Source: Candidatus Binatia bacterium (GTDB lineage: Bacteria > Desulfobacterota > Binatia > UBA9968 > CAXXLF01). From it: a stretch of 64,000 bases of DNA. The notes beneath the pieces were generated by a model. That model saw only the letters and a program-made list of their open reading frames with translations, was not told the origin of the DNA and did no database searches. Made by a program: the position numbers and the translations under genes. This document shows, piece by piece, positions 33,873 to 43,118 of the stretch (positions are counted from its first letter, which is position 1; the number at the start of each line of letters is the position of its first letter). The DNA lies in assembly GCA_963664015.2 (NCBI GenBank), contig CAXXLF010000002.1:128001-192000 (forward strand), read 5' to 3'.

Positions 33873-34597
33873 GGTTTGTGTGGCTTTTGCGCAATGTGAA
33901 GGCAAACAGCTCCTCGAAGAAATCTCTCGATTCTAATTCCCTTAAAGCCCGCATTAGCGATCACTTCAGCAATGCTCTCTGGGCCAGCGAAACCCTTGAC
34001 CGATTCTGAGAGATAACGATAGGCGCCTCCATGGCGGGTCAGGCCGGCTCCGATCCATGGCACCAGACGAAAAAAATAGAGCGAATAGAAGACATAGAAA
34101 AGACCCTTGCGGGGGGGGAACATGTCCAGAGTGGCTAACCGTCCTCCGGGTTTCAAGAGACGGTAAGCCTCGACAAAGAAAAGATTGAGGTCAGAGACAT
34201 TTCGCAAAACGAAGCCCGTCATGACAGCCTCGAAACTATTGTTCTTGAAGGGGGCTGCAAGGGCACTACCCAGGACGAACAGGGTCTTATCGCCACCCGT
34301 ATGATTTTTCTTTTTAGCATTGGCTAATTGGAGCATTTTCGGTGCAAAGTCCAATCCGACCACCCTGCCCTCGGCTGCGAGTCCATTGGCTGCTGTAAAG
34401 GCCAGGTCTCCGGTTCCGCTCCCTAGGTCCAAAATGTTTACCTTTTTCTCCGCGAGGTTAAGGCTTTTTACGGCCTTCTTGCGCCAGATGGTATCCAGAT
34501 GAAAACTGATTATCCGGTTGAGAAGATCGTAACGGCCGGCGATTCTATCAAAGATCTGCTGTACAAATCTTTCATGCTGGTTTCTAGGTGAAGGCAT
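33869..34597 (-). CDS. ubiE: Ubiquinone/menaquinone C-methyltransferase (UbiE/MenG)
   Basis: F..IA.RYDLLN..IS, LDLGSGTGD, GF.LRNV, LKPGG and AYRYL.ES motifs. Confidence 0.93.
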   Translation of the reverse strand: MPSPRNQHERFVQQIFDRIAGRYDLLNRIISFHLDTIWRKKAVKSLNLAEKKVNILDLGSGTGDLAFTAANGLAAEGRVVGLDFAPKMLQLANAKKKNHTGGDKTLFVLGSALAAPFKNNSFEAVMTGFVLRNVSDLNLFFVEAYRLLKPGGRLATLDMFPPRKGLFYVFYSLYFFRLVPWIGAGLTRHGGAYRYLSESVKGFAGPESIAEVIANAGFKGIRIERFLRGAVCLHIAQKPHKP

Positions 34598-34635
34598 GGC
34601 CCGATTGTGGAGACCAAGGGCAGACGGGGATAAGG

Positions 34636-35598
34636 TCAGAAATCCCTTTCGACAATGAGACGAGCCAGGCTCTCGAGCCCGTTTCGATAGATGGATGGTT
34701 CAAGCTTCTCAATAAGTTTAGTGGCCTCAAGGGCGTATCCCTTGGACATCACTTTAGCCTGGTGAATGGATTTACCTTGCCTCATAGCCTCGATGGCACC
34801 TTGGATACACAACTCGGATGGATGCGGCGATTCAAAGGCCTCCATAACGGTTTTCTCTCCTTCATTAACCGATAAAACGATCGGCAATGACGGATTCCCG
34901 TCTCGAAGATCCATGCCAATAGGCTTTCCCAGCAACTCTTTGTGGCCTATCACATCCAGGACGTCGTCAATCATCTGAAAGGCCATCCCCAGGTTGAGAC
35001 CGTATTCCTTCATCTGTCGGATGGACTCGTCCCCTCCATCGGCCATGTAGGCCCCGAGTTGGGCCCCAGTCTGGAACAATGAGGCGGTTTTGCGTTTGAT
35101 AATCCGTAGATAATCTTCGAAAGTAACCGTCCTGTTACGGTTAAATGAACTCTGAAGCATCTCCCCCTCAGTCAAACGTGTGCACGCATCAGCAGTCCAC
35201 TGAACCACCGTCTCGTCGAATTTTCCGGCAAATTCGAAGGCCTTAATAAACAGGAAATCACCCGTGACCAGCGTCGATTTGAGCCCAAATTTCTTATAGG
35301 CCGATTCTTTCCCTCGTCGCACATCGGCGCCGTCGATAATGTCATCGTGAAGCAGGGTGGCTGTATGAAGGAGTTCCAGGGCGGTAGCGATGTCAACCAT
35401 CTCTTCCGTTCGGGTGCCGCCGCATGCCTTGAAAGCGAGCAAGGCCACGAGCGGGCGGACCCTTTTCCCCCCGCTATCGATCAGGTGAGCAGAAATCTCC
35501 GTCAATGTCCGTTCGCTTGAGCGAATAGATTTTGCCAGATTTTTTTCGACCAGATCGAGCTCGGTGGCAAGGCAATCGAATAGATCCTCCGACTTCAT
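34636..35598 (-). CDS. Polyprenyl diphosphate synthase (IspB/HepT-like)
   Basis: GGKRVRP, LLHDDIID...RRG, KTA.LF and FQMIDDVLD motifs; start uncertain (ORF open to 35721). Confidence 0.95.
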   Translation of the reverse strand: MKSEDLFDCLATELDLVEKNLAKSIRSSERTLTEISAHLIDSGGKRVRPLVALLAFKACGGTRTEEMVDIATALELLHTATLLHDDIIDGADVRRGKESAYKKFGLKSTLVTGDFLFIKAFEFAGKFDETVVQWTADACTRLTEGEMLQSSFNRNRTVTFEDYLRIIKRKTASLFQTGAQLGAYMADGGDESIRQMKEYGLNLGMAFQMIDDVLDVIGHKELLGKPIGMDLRDGNPSLPIVLSVNEGEKTVMEAFESPHPSELCIQGAIEAMRQGKSIHQAKVMSKGYALEATKLIEKLEPSIYRNGLESLARLIVERDF

Positions 35599-35745
35599 CG
35601 GTAGGTCGGTCGAGTTTTGCCCATTGCTTAAAGGGACGGTGTTTTGCATCTGATTAATATTAGGTGTGGGTGCCGGTTGAGCTCCCCGCTCTGTATCGGT
35701 GACAATGGCAAAAAGTGGCATATATCCATAGCCAGGTCAAGCTGA

Positions 35746-35928
35746 ACCTCTAGCGACGGAGCCGAAACCGGTGGCAATCGAAAAGCCCTACCCCTGTCCC
35801 CCACCCGAGGGCTGGGCGTTAGATCGAATGAAAGGTTGATGGGTTGCTGGCGCTCGTTCTTCATCCTGAAGAATCCCATCGCCTCATCCGGTTTGCAGAA
35901 GTTGCTGGCAACTTGGATCTCTAAAGGT
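35746..35928 (-). ncRNA. Candidate structured RNA, unassigned
   Basis: Nested complementary segments across 183 nt of intergenic DNA (see findings). Confidence 0.4.
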
Positions 35929-36020
35929 GCCTAGTCTCGTATTTTCCCTTGACAACTTTGCACCAAGCTTAATATATAGGGAACGTAGTCAACATTAACA
36001 GGGGACGAAGGAGGCCGTTC

Positions 36021-36716
36021 ATGGAAGCTTATCTCTTTATTTTGCGTTGGATTCATTTCCTTTCCGGTATTACGTGGATTGGCATTCTCTATTATTTTAA
36101 TTTCGTACAGACACCGTTTTTTGCAGAGACCGAGGCTCCGGTTAGAAGCGGTGCCGTTCAAAAATTGGTCCCTCGCGCTCTCTGGTGGTTCCGCTGGGGC
36201 GCCATGTTTACCTTCTTGTCAGGCATTCTGATGTATATGCACAAGCTGGCAGAGGTGGGAAGCTCCATCTATTTCGCTTCCCCTTACGGGCTGGCAATAA
36301 CCATAGGCGGAACGATGGGAACACTGATGTTCCTGAATGTTTGGCTGGTGATCTGGCCCGCGCAAAAGGTCGTGATCGCTTCGGCGGTTCAGGTTGCTGA
36401 GGGTGGACAAGCCATTCCCGAGGCCGCCCGCCGTGCCCGGAGGGCTTCGCTTGCATCAAGGACCAATACGCTGTTTTCGATTCCCATGCTCTTCTTCATG
36501 GGCGCCGCCAGTCACTATCCTTCAATCGGTGCGGCAATGGGATCGGCAACAGGATTTTGGGTTGTCGCTCTTGGGATTATTGCTGTCGTGGAACTGAATT
36601 GTCTAGTGGGGACCCAGGGCGCTGCCAAGAAGCCTTTGGATTCGGTTTCGGGTACCATTTGGTCAGGTTTTCTGCTGACTCTGATGCTCTGGCTGGTCTT
36701 CAGGTTCCTCTTATAA
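36021..36716 (+). CDS. Urate hydroxylase PuuD-like (DUF989) membrane protein without a fused cytochrome c
   Basis: RWIH...GITWIG.LYYFN, WFRW.A..TFLSG, IGG..GT.M..NVW..IWP.QK and SRTNT..SIP..FFM...HYP motifs; GGAGG SD. Confidence 0.85.
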   Translation: MEAYLFILRWIHFLSGITWIGILYYFNFVQTPFFAETEAPVRSGAVQKLVPRALWWFRWGAMFTFLSGILMYMHKLAEVGSSIYFASPYGLAITIGGTMGTLMFLNVWLVIWPAQKVVIASAVQVAEGGQAIPEAARRARRASLASRTNTLFSIPMLFFMGAASHYPSIGAAMGSATGFWVVALGIIAVVELNCLVGTQGAAKKPLDSVSGTIWSGFLLTLMLWLVFRFLL

Positions 36717-36735
36717 TAGAGGAGTCTGCGGGCGC

Positions 36736-37086
36736 TCAGCGAAGATAGACTGCAATGTCCGGAATCGCTTTTCTGAGGTGCGGAAAGGCCGGCATGGCAA
36801 CAGACTTGCGCTTGGGAACATAACCAAGAGGATATTTTCGGTGGAGGATTCGGGCCTCCAGTAAAACCTGGGAAGATCCTTTAAGGGCTGGTCCCGTTGG
36901 TCCATCCTTCGCCGGGTCCCTGTTGTGGCAGGGGGTACAGTTTACTAGGAAGAGTTTCCTTCCCCGGTCCGGATTGGGGCCTTGGGTCGATGCTGTCTTG
37001 TTATTCGAATCCCCGAAACAAGCCATCAGGCCCATTACGAGACAAAGAGAACTCAGAGAAAGATATATAGAAGTTCGACCGAGCAC
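36736..37086 (-). CDS. Monoheme cytochrome c (probable lipoprotein)
   Basis: Signal with LMAC, CTPCH heme motif, GP.L and distal MPAF. Confidence 0.88.
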   Translation of the reverse strand: MLGRTSIYLSLSSLCLVMGLMACFGDSNNKTASTQGPNPDRGRKLFLVNCTPCHNRDPAKDGPTGPALKGSSQVLLEARILHRKYPLGYVPKRKSVAMPAFPHLRKAIPDIAVYLR

Positions 37087-37179
37087 GCTAGAAATTTAGC
37101 CTACCTCAATTTACATCGCAACATCCGGAATCCCCCTCCTGTGCCAAAAGTGACAACCGTTCGACCCCCGATTCATTCA

Positions 37180-38175
37180 TTATCCGGCCAAATCGGGCAC
37201 CTCGACCAATTGGGAGGGGTTTCGGATGTCTTGCTTCCAAAGCTCAAGTAATTTCTTAGCAATTGGACCGGGCCGGCCGGTACCGATAGTCCGATTGTCC
37301 CACTCGACAACGGGTACAATTTTAATTGTACTACCAAAAAGAAGCATCTCTGCCGCCGCGTAACCTTCTTCAATAGATACATCGTAAAAAACAATATCCT
37401 TCAGGTCTCCCTGCTGAACCAGGCGGCGAGCGAGTTGGGCCATGCGCCGAACGGTGATACCCGTAAGGATAGATTCAAAAGAAGGGTGACGAAGGATTAG
37501 GTCCTTGTCCACAAAAGCAACGTTCATGTTGGAGCCTTCCCCAATCATGCCCTGACGGTCAAGGAAAATTCCGTTTTGGGCCCCCCGGTCCTTCGCATCG
37601 AGGACCACTAGCGCGTTGGGCAGGTAATTCGTCGATTTGATGCGAGCAAAAAACGGAGCCTTTATGGGTATGGAACTGGTTACGACTTTGATTCCTTCAG
37701 TATAATACCACTCCGGATAGCCCGCCTGCCTAAAGATCATTACATAGAAGGCACTGGCGATGCATTCGCTGGAATCCAAGCCGAACCCACCTGGCCCAGC
37801 TGAAAGCCAGTAGCGAACAGAGCCGCCACGGTGCCCACTTGCGGCTGCAGTGTCCAAAATAATCTGCCGTATCCGCTCTGGGTTAAAAGGGAGCGGAATG
37901 CGCGCTAATTTGGCCGAATCGTAAAAGCGCTGTAGATGATCGTCCAGTTGGTAAAGCCTGCCATCAATCAACGTGGCGGTATCGAAAATACCATGGCCGC
38001 GATGCACCATGTGATCGTCAAGGGGAATGAGCATCAGAGCCGGATCGGTGACAATCCCTTCGATCCGGCTGGAGTACATGGCAAAGAAATTCCCCGCATT
38101 GGAATGAACCGCCCGCCGTAATCCATCGACTGCTTGTTGGGTTGTAAAAAGCGGGGTTTTCACAACACTCGGCAT
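37180..38175 (-). CDS. Class IV PLP aminotransferase (D-amino-acid transaminase/ADC lyase-like)
   Basis: DDHMVHRGHGIFDT, H..R, KSTNYLPN, EGSNMN and ILTGIT motifs. Confidence 0.92.
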   Translation of the reverse strand: MPSVVKTPLFTTQQAVDGLRRAVHSNAGNFFAMYSSRIEGIVTDPALMLIPLDDHMVHRGHGIFDTATLIDGRLYQLDDHLQRFYDSAKLARIPLPFNPERIRQIILDTAAASGHRGGSVRYWLSAGPGGFGLDSSECIASAFYVMIFRQAGYPEWYYTEGIKVVTSSIPIKAPFFARIKSTNYLPNALVVLDAKDRGAQNGIFLDRQGMIGEGSNMNVAFVDKDLILRHPSFESILTGITVRRMAQLARRLVQQGDLKDIVFYDVSIEEGYAAAEMLLFGSTIKIVPVVEWDNRTIGTGRPGPIAKKLLELWKQDIRNPSQLVEVPDLAG

Positions 38176-38338
38176 ACGTCTTTTCCCCTTAAAAAACGGT
38201 AAGCATTCCATAAATAAATTTTAAACCGGACCATAGAAGACAATACGTGCACGAATTGTATGGATGGCTTAGCTCTCGCCCGCGGTCTGAATTCAAGCTA
38301 CCAGCGAGAGGATACGTACAAATCAGAAGGAGCCTTTT

Positions 38339-38572
38339 CTAGGTTCGCTGATACCTGCGGGCGAAGAAACGCGCTCCAAAAAAACCGATAATTCCGACGA
38401 ATATCATGACCAGCCCAATGGATATCGCTCCGGACTTTGCATCCGTCGAGTATGCTGAGATAATAACGAAAAGCCCCAACCCGGCCACAAGACCAAGGCT
38501 ATGCTGTATTGCAGTCCAAATCTTCACAGATTGATACCAATTCACCGTCTGATTTAATTTCATACCACAATG
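38339..38572 (-). CDS. Small hypothetical 2-TM protein
   Basis: C-terminal part of ORF 38339-38755; GGAGG upstream of ATG 38572. Confidence 0.4.
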   Translation of the reverse strand, partial: HCGMKLNQTVNWYQSVKIWTAIQHSLGLVAGLGLFVIISAYSTDAKSGAISIGLVMIFVGIIGFFGARFFARRYQRT

Positions 38573-38881
38573 GAGGCACAAAGCAATGAAGAGAATGAGA
38601 ATCCCTGACACCACAGGCCCAAAACACCCTAGCGCTCGGTTATCCGCCTTCCCAGACGACCATGGGAGCCTACTCGGTGGTAGCAGCACAGCCACGCAGG
38701 CTGGATAAGCCCATGGGGAATGGGTCAGTCGGCCTCTCAGACCTTCGTTGGCCATATTCGATTTCGGTCAGCGACGGCCGAGTCTCAAGACCTGAATGTG
38801 GGCGCATCGTGGAATTCCCCGAAGAAATACGGCTGGAAGGCCCAGGAGGCTTTATTTTCGTTCCGGAGGATATCTGGATTG

Positions 38882-39480
38882 CTAGCGGTGTGCCAAGTTC
38901 AATGGCATGAATTGATACGTTCTATGGAACCTAAAACTTGAGGTGACTTCAAGCAGGATCAATAGGTTAGAAACAAGCGCCTTGAAATAAGCCGGGATCG
39001 ATCGAATACGGGCGAGGTGACTTCGACGTCCAGTCGACGTGTGTTCTTTGTCGCCATTCAAGATCTGATTGATCCCTTCCATAAGTTGCCTCTTAGTCAA
39101 CCGCATAGGAATATAACAATCTGCCCCTGACTTATAGCCCTCCAGTGTGTTTTCAAACTGAATCTTTGCCGTAACCATAATGACCGGTATCGTAGCCGTT
39201 TCGGGGGAACCTTTCAGTCGGATCAGTACTTCGAATCCATGCATGTGGGGCATCATAACATCAAGAATGATCAGGTCGGGGTTTTTCTCTCCCAGGGAAG
39301 TAAACAGTTGGCGACCACTGTAGGCACAGAGGACATTGAATCCATTGTGCTCGAGAATTAGCCTGAGAATGGTGACCAGATCCGGGTCGTCGTCAAGAAC
39401 GAAGATGGTCTGTTTCTCGTGGGCTTTTTAACCACCAGGGAAGGGCTTTCTGCTTTTGCCGTCCACTTCTCTATGCTCAT
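38882..39480 (-). pseudogene. Degenerate single-domain response regulator
   Basis: TIFVLDDD...PDLIILDVMMP.MHG.EV...IPVIMVTA...GAD.YI. The upstream ATG (39480) is out of frame and the conserved KP is replaced by MR. Confidence 0.7.
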
Positions 39481-39818
39481 CCAATTGTCTCCCATAAGTC
39501 TAGATGGATCAATGAGAAGCTAGAAATGTGCCAAAGGGTTGGGCGGCCAACGCTCTCTAATTAATTTTAGGAGTTTCAGGGATTTATCCAACATGCTGAA
39601 AGGATTGTCCAATGCGATCCTTACCGGGGTTGCAGTGGGATTGTTACAAATTGTGTCGACTCGTCACCTATTTTACCATCGTGCTACGATTGATACGGTC
39701 GGTAAAGTCCCCGTATGCACAGGCTCCGGTTACTAGGATGTACAGGATAAAACAGGGGGGGGGCCTAAGCAAGGAACCGATAGACACCGTGAAACCGTCT
39801 AATATGGAAACACCTGAT

Positions 39819-40115
39819 TCAATCTGGCCTAGTCTCGCGCGTTCCTTTCACATCCGCATTTACCACTAACAGCGCAACTACTCTAATTTTCAATGGATTC
39901 CTGTCTGGCATAACTTTGGCTTTAGTGTAGAGGAAGACAGCGCCGAAAATGAATAGCGCAGACAAGGATAGCAAACAAGGATCAAGAAATACTTTTACGA
40001 TTTCATCGAATATTCGGGACTTATCTCTATCACCTGGTATTTTGGAATTTTGTAAAAGCACCCCGAAATAATCATTCCTCTCCTTGTTCTCTGGATCGCA
40101 GAAGGCGAGATTCAT
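39819..40115 (-). CDS. Hypothetical protein or gene remnant
   Basis: 98-aa ORF with one hydrophobic stretch; no family recognised. Confidence 0.25.
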   Translation of the reverse strand: MNLAFCDPENKERNDYFGVLLQNSKIPGDRDKSRIFDEIVKVFLDPCLLSLSALFIFGAVFLYTKAKVMPDRNPLKIRVVALLVVNADVKGTRETRPD

Positions 40116-40399
40116 AACCTGTTTAACAGAGTACGCTAGATAAGTAATCTGTACAGTTCTCCCCTGCCCTTAGGCTTCCCTGCCGCCGCACACGCCTTAC
40201 AATCATTTCACTAACCAACGGTATTTACGACAACTTGCAGCCTTCTGCTACAACGCACCTGATCGTTGAGAGGAGAAGGGATCCATCTGCCAGAACCGTA
40301 GAGAAAAGAAGCAGCCTGTTCCCCCGGCAAGTTTTTACGAGCTTTTGACTATGGTTTCTTTGATTTCATCACTGGAATTGCCCGAAGCGCCCTCCTTCG

Positions 40400-40469
40400 C
40401 TTGCCCCGTGGAGTAGTTTTTTACTCGGGGGTTCTCATCTTGATCGTGGGAAGTACTCCACGGGGCGAG
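40400..40469. repeat. Inverted repeat (MITE/REP-like)
   Basis: GCCCCGTGGAGTA (40403-40415) ... TACTCCACGGGGC (40454-40466). Confidence 0.75.
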
Positions 40470-40687
40470 TTGAGCTTCAGCCGTCGCGGGCCGTAGTCGG
40501 CTATGGCCGACGAAGGTCTGAGAATTCGACCGTGACTTTAATCCATGGGCTTAGTCCTTGCTCTACTGGGAAAACGGGAAATACAAAGAAAAATACGGGA
40601 GAGCCCTCTGAATCAGGGCTCGTTGTCGGGAGTGAGTCGTTGTATGGACGCCCGGCACTCACGTGCTGGGCCCTGAATGGCGTGCGG

Positions 40688-40730
40688 GTAACCTCCCAAT
40701 CGTGCCCCTAGGGGCACGATTGGAGGTTAC
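40688..40730. terminator. Long palindromic hairpin at the end of the DUF2914 gene
   Basis: Perfect 28-bp palindrome CCAATCGTGCCCCTAGGGGCACGATTGG, extendable by GTAACCTC/GAGGTTAC; no U-tract. Confidence 0.5.
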
Positions 40731-41176
40731 TGGACTTCGAAATGGGCGACGCAGAGAACCTTGCTCGGATCGCTAGCCGTGGTTACTTCGACACTCCATT
40801 TTCCGATATGGAAGTTGGGATCGATAATTTTAGAACTCCAGGTGCGATAGCCGGACGATTCACCAAGGTTTTGCTCTACCGTAGCAACCTCCATGCCATC
40901 CTTATACCAACGGTGGCGAAGGACACCCCCTGTGGCCGACTTGATTCGGTTCCACAAATAGACCTTGCGATCTTCTTGTGAATTGATTACGGGAACCTGC
41001 CCGCTGGGTTGGGATTTATTGCCACAGTAGGTCCCGGGCTGAAAAGGGGCAACCGGCTCTCGGTCTGATACATCCCGAGCAAATATGATTTCGACAATTT
41101 CCTGACCCGAGGAAAGGGTTGGAAAGGCCACTAAGGTCGTAAAAACTAAAAGAGAAACGATAAGGAATCCAGGCAT
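40727..41176 (-). CDS. Secreted DUF2914-like protein
   Basis: Signal peptide; V.DREP, H.WY..G, YRTWSSK and GKW.VEV motifs; AGGAGG SD. Confidence 0.85.
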   Translation of the reverse strand: MPGFLIVSLLVFTTLVAFPTLSSGQEIVEIIFARDVSDREPVAPFQPGTYCGNKSQPSGQVPVINSQEDRKVYLWNRIKSATGGVLRHRWYKDGMEVATVEQNLGESSGYRTWSSKIIDPNFHIGKWSVEVTTASDPSKVLCVAHFEVQ

Positions 41177-41419
41177 AATTTAACCTCCTGAACTTTGCTT
41201 CTGAGGGAATATAGCAGCAATTGGGATGCCAATGGGTAAGTGTTGTATTCTATTAGAGTTTGCCTCTTGTCGATTGATAAAAGTGTACCATTCTGGGAAT
41301 TTATTTGCAAAATTGTTCATTCGATTCTTGTTGAATGCCTCTATCCTCCCATCATCCGGCCCTGCACTAACAAAATCGCTGGATAATTTAAGCCTCCACG
41401 GGCCAATCTAGCCCTTCTG

Positions 41420-41446
41420 GCCTTTGTAGCCGCAGGCTACAAAGGC
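41420..41446. terminator. Hairpin (terminator or REP)
   Basis: GCCTTTGTAGCC-GCA-GGCTACAAAGGC downstream of the Rieske gene. Confidence 0.45.
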
Positions 41447-41591
41447 GGAGTAAGCCGCCCGCACAATCTTTCCTTTACAATATCTCGGAGCTCTTGGATG
41501 GCCTGCCCAATAGATCTTAAAGGGGGGTGCTTTTATTTTAATTGTTGTCCAATGCCACAAATTCGGTTTGATCGTAACCGCCTCATGCCAA

Positions 41592-42911
41592 TTAACTGGT
41601 TAGTCCAACATCACTGGCTATTTCATCCTGCTCTTGATCCGGTTTTCCAGTCGAACCCACCACCATGGAACTGGAACCGTTGGCCTTCCGTGCCAGGCGC
41701 GAAGCCAATTTTCTCCATTGAATCAAGGCAATATCCGTATTGGAGAGATGTTCACCGTCCCGGTAGCGCTGGACTTCGATCTGGCGCCGGTCCTGCTTGA
41801 GAAACAGTTGGTGAACGTGCCGAAAATAGATGTTGTACCAAAGTTTCAGAGCCAAACGATGGATTGCGTTGCTTGGATGGGTCACCAGAAAATTCAGGTG
41901 TCGAGTCCGTTTCTCATCGATGGCGACCGGCCACCCCATATTGGATATGTGAATTCCACAGTAGACATCGCGGACCTTCACTATAATATTACCCGGCATA
42001 CGAATATCCCCTCCGGCCGTGGAGGACTCGCCGCTCAACTCTTTTCTCTTGTAGCGCCGCCGCACAACACGCCACCATAGATGAGCCGGGAATTTTCCAA
42101 CCCCTGGATAATCCGCTTGAAGGCCTCCCCCTATTCCGCGGACGTGCATTCCTCTTCCGTCGGGTAGAAGCTCCATATGAACCTTCCCCCAAGCGGGCAG
42201 CTTGTTGAATATCACTTCAACCGATTTTCGATGCACATAGGGGGCGTGAAGAATGTCGGGATAGTTCTCGACGACGGTGCGCCAATTACATGACCACTCG
42301 CTGAAGGTGAAGTGGGTCATGATCCCTGGCTCTTTAAGCTCCGGCGGAAGGTCGTCATCCAACGGCGGCGGTTCCCCTTCACCTATAAACGCCCAGATAA
42401 TCCCAAAACGTTCTTCCGTTGGATAGGACTTCACTCGCACATTTCCCGGAAGGTTCGATTCGGGACCTTCGACGATAGCAGCGACACATTCCCCCTTCTC
42501 ATCGTAGGTCCAGCCGTGGTACCCGCAACTCAGCGTGCCAGGGAAGAGGATGCGCCCGCGTGAAAGCATTGTACCACGGTGCGGGCAACGATCCGTCAAT
42601 GCGGCAACCTTGCCGCCCTTACCGGGGAACAGTACGATATCTTCGCCCAGAATCTTGACAGAAACTGGGCGGCGCCCCAACCGTTTAGCGTCAACCAAGG
42701 GGTACCAGTAATTGCGATACCCAAGCAGGGGCGCGTCGGGAATTGAAACTAGATCAGTCTCCACAGCTCCACTCTCCTCTCCTGTTGATGTTCCATCTAG
42801 GTCCTCCAGTACCTTGGCAGATTTAGAGTAACCGTATCCATTGATTTTATCCCGCGTTACCGTGCTTATGTCAAGAAGGGACTGATTTTGCCCCGCCAGC
42901 GGTTCTTGCAC
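41592..42911 (-). CDS. Rieske non-heme iron oxygenase alpha subunit
   Basis: RNYWYP, CPHRG...SCGYHGW (Rieske), EN..D..H...VH and a C-terminal QD; start uncertain. Confidence 0.93.
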   Translation of the reverse strand: MQEPLAGQNQSLLDISTVTRDKINGYGYSKSAKVLEDLDGTSTGEESGAVETDLVSIPDAPLLGYRNYWYPLVDAKRLGRRPVSVKILGEDIVLFPGKGGKVAALTDRCPHRGTMLSRGRILFPGTLSCGYHGWTYDEKGECVAAIVEGPESNLPGNVRVKSYPTEERFGIIWAFIGEGEPPPLDDDLPPELKEPGIMTHFTFSEWSCNWRTVVENYPDILHAPYVHRKSVEVIFNKLPAWGKVHMELLPDGRGMHVRGIGGGLQADYPGVGKFPAHLWWRVVRRRYKRKELSGESSTAGGDIRMPGNIIVKVRDVYCGIHISNMGWPVAIDEKRTRHLNFLVTHPSNAIHRLALKLWYNIYFRHVHQLFLKQDRRQIEVQRYRDGEHLSNTDIALIQWRKLASRLARKANGSSSMVVGSTGKPDQEQDEIASDVGLTS

Positions 42912-43118
42912 CGCTACTGGCCGTCCTTTACAGTGAACAAGGGATTATCCTACTTGGGGCAGACGCACGGAGCATGTTGTTTGATCGGTTCTTCTGCCTG
43001 CCTACCGGAACTGTATGGCTAAGATAAGTTCCCCTGGATCCCGAACTCAGCGTCGACGACAAGGTGAATCCTTCGCATTGAAGAAAAGGTACTACATAGC
43101 TGACGGAGCAAATGGGTT

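Noticed and set aside
35746-35928. 6S RNA assignment based on length
   Set aside because: The fold is branched rather than rod-like and the usual zapA/ygfA context is absent; left unassigned.
39400-39480. Programmed -1 frameshift at T-AAA-AAG in the response regulator
   Set aside because: Not a full X-XXY-YYZ heptamer, and the domain has also lost its conserved KP, so decay is simpler.
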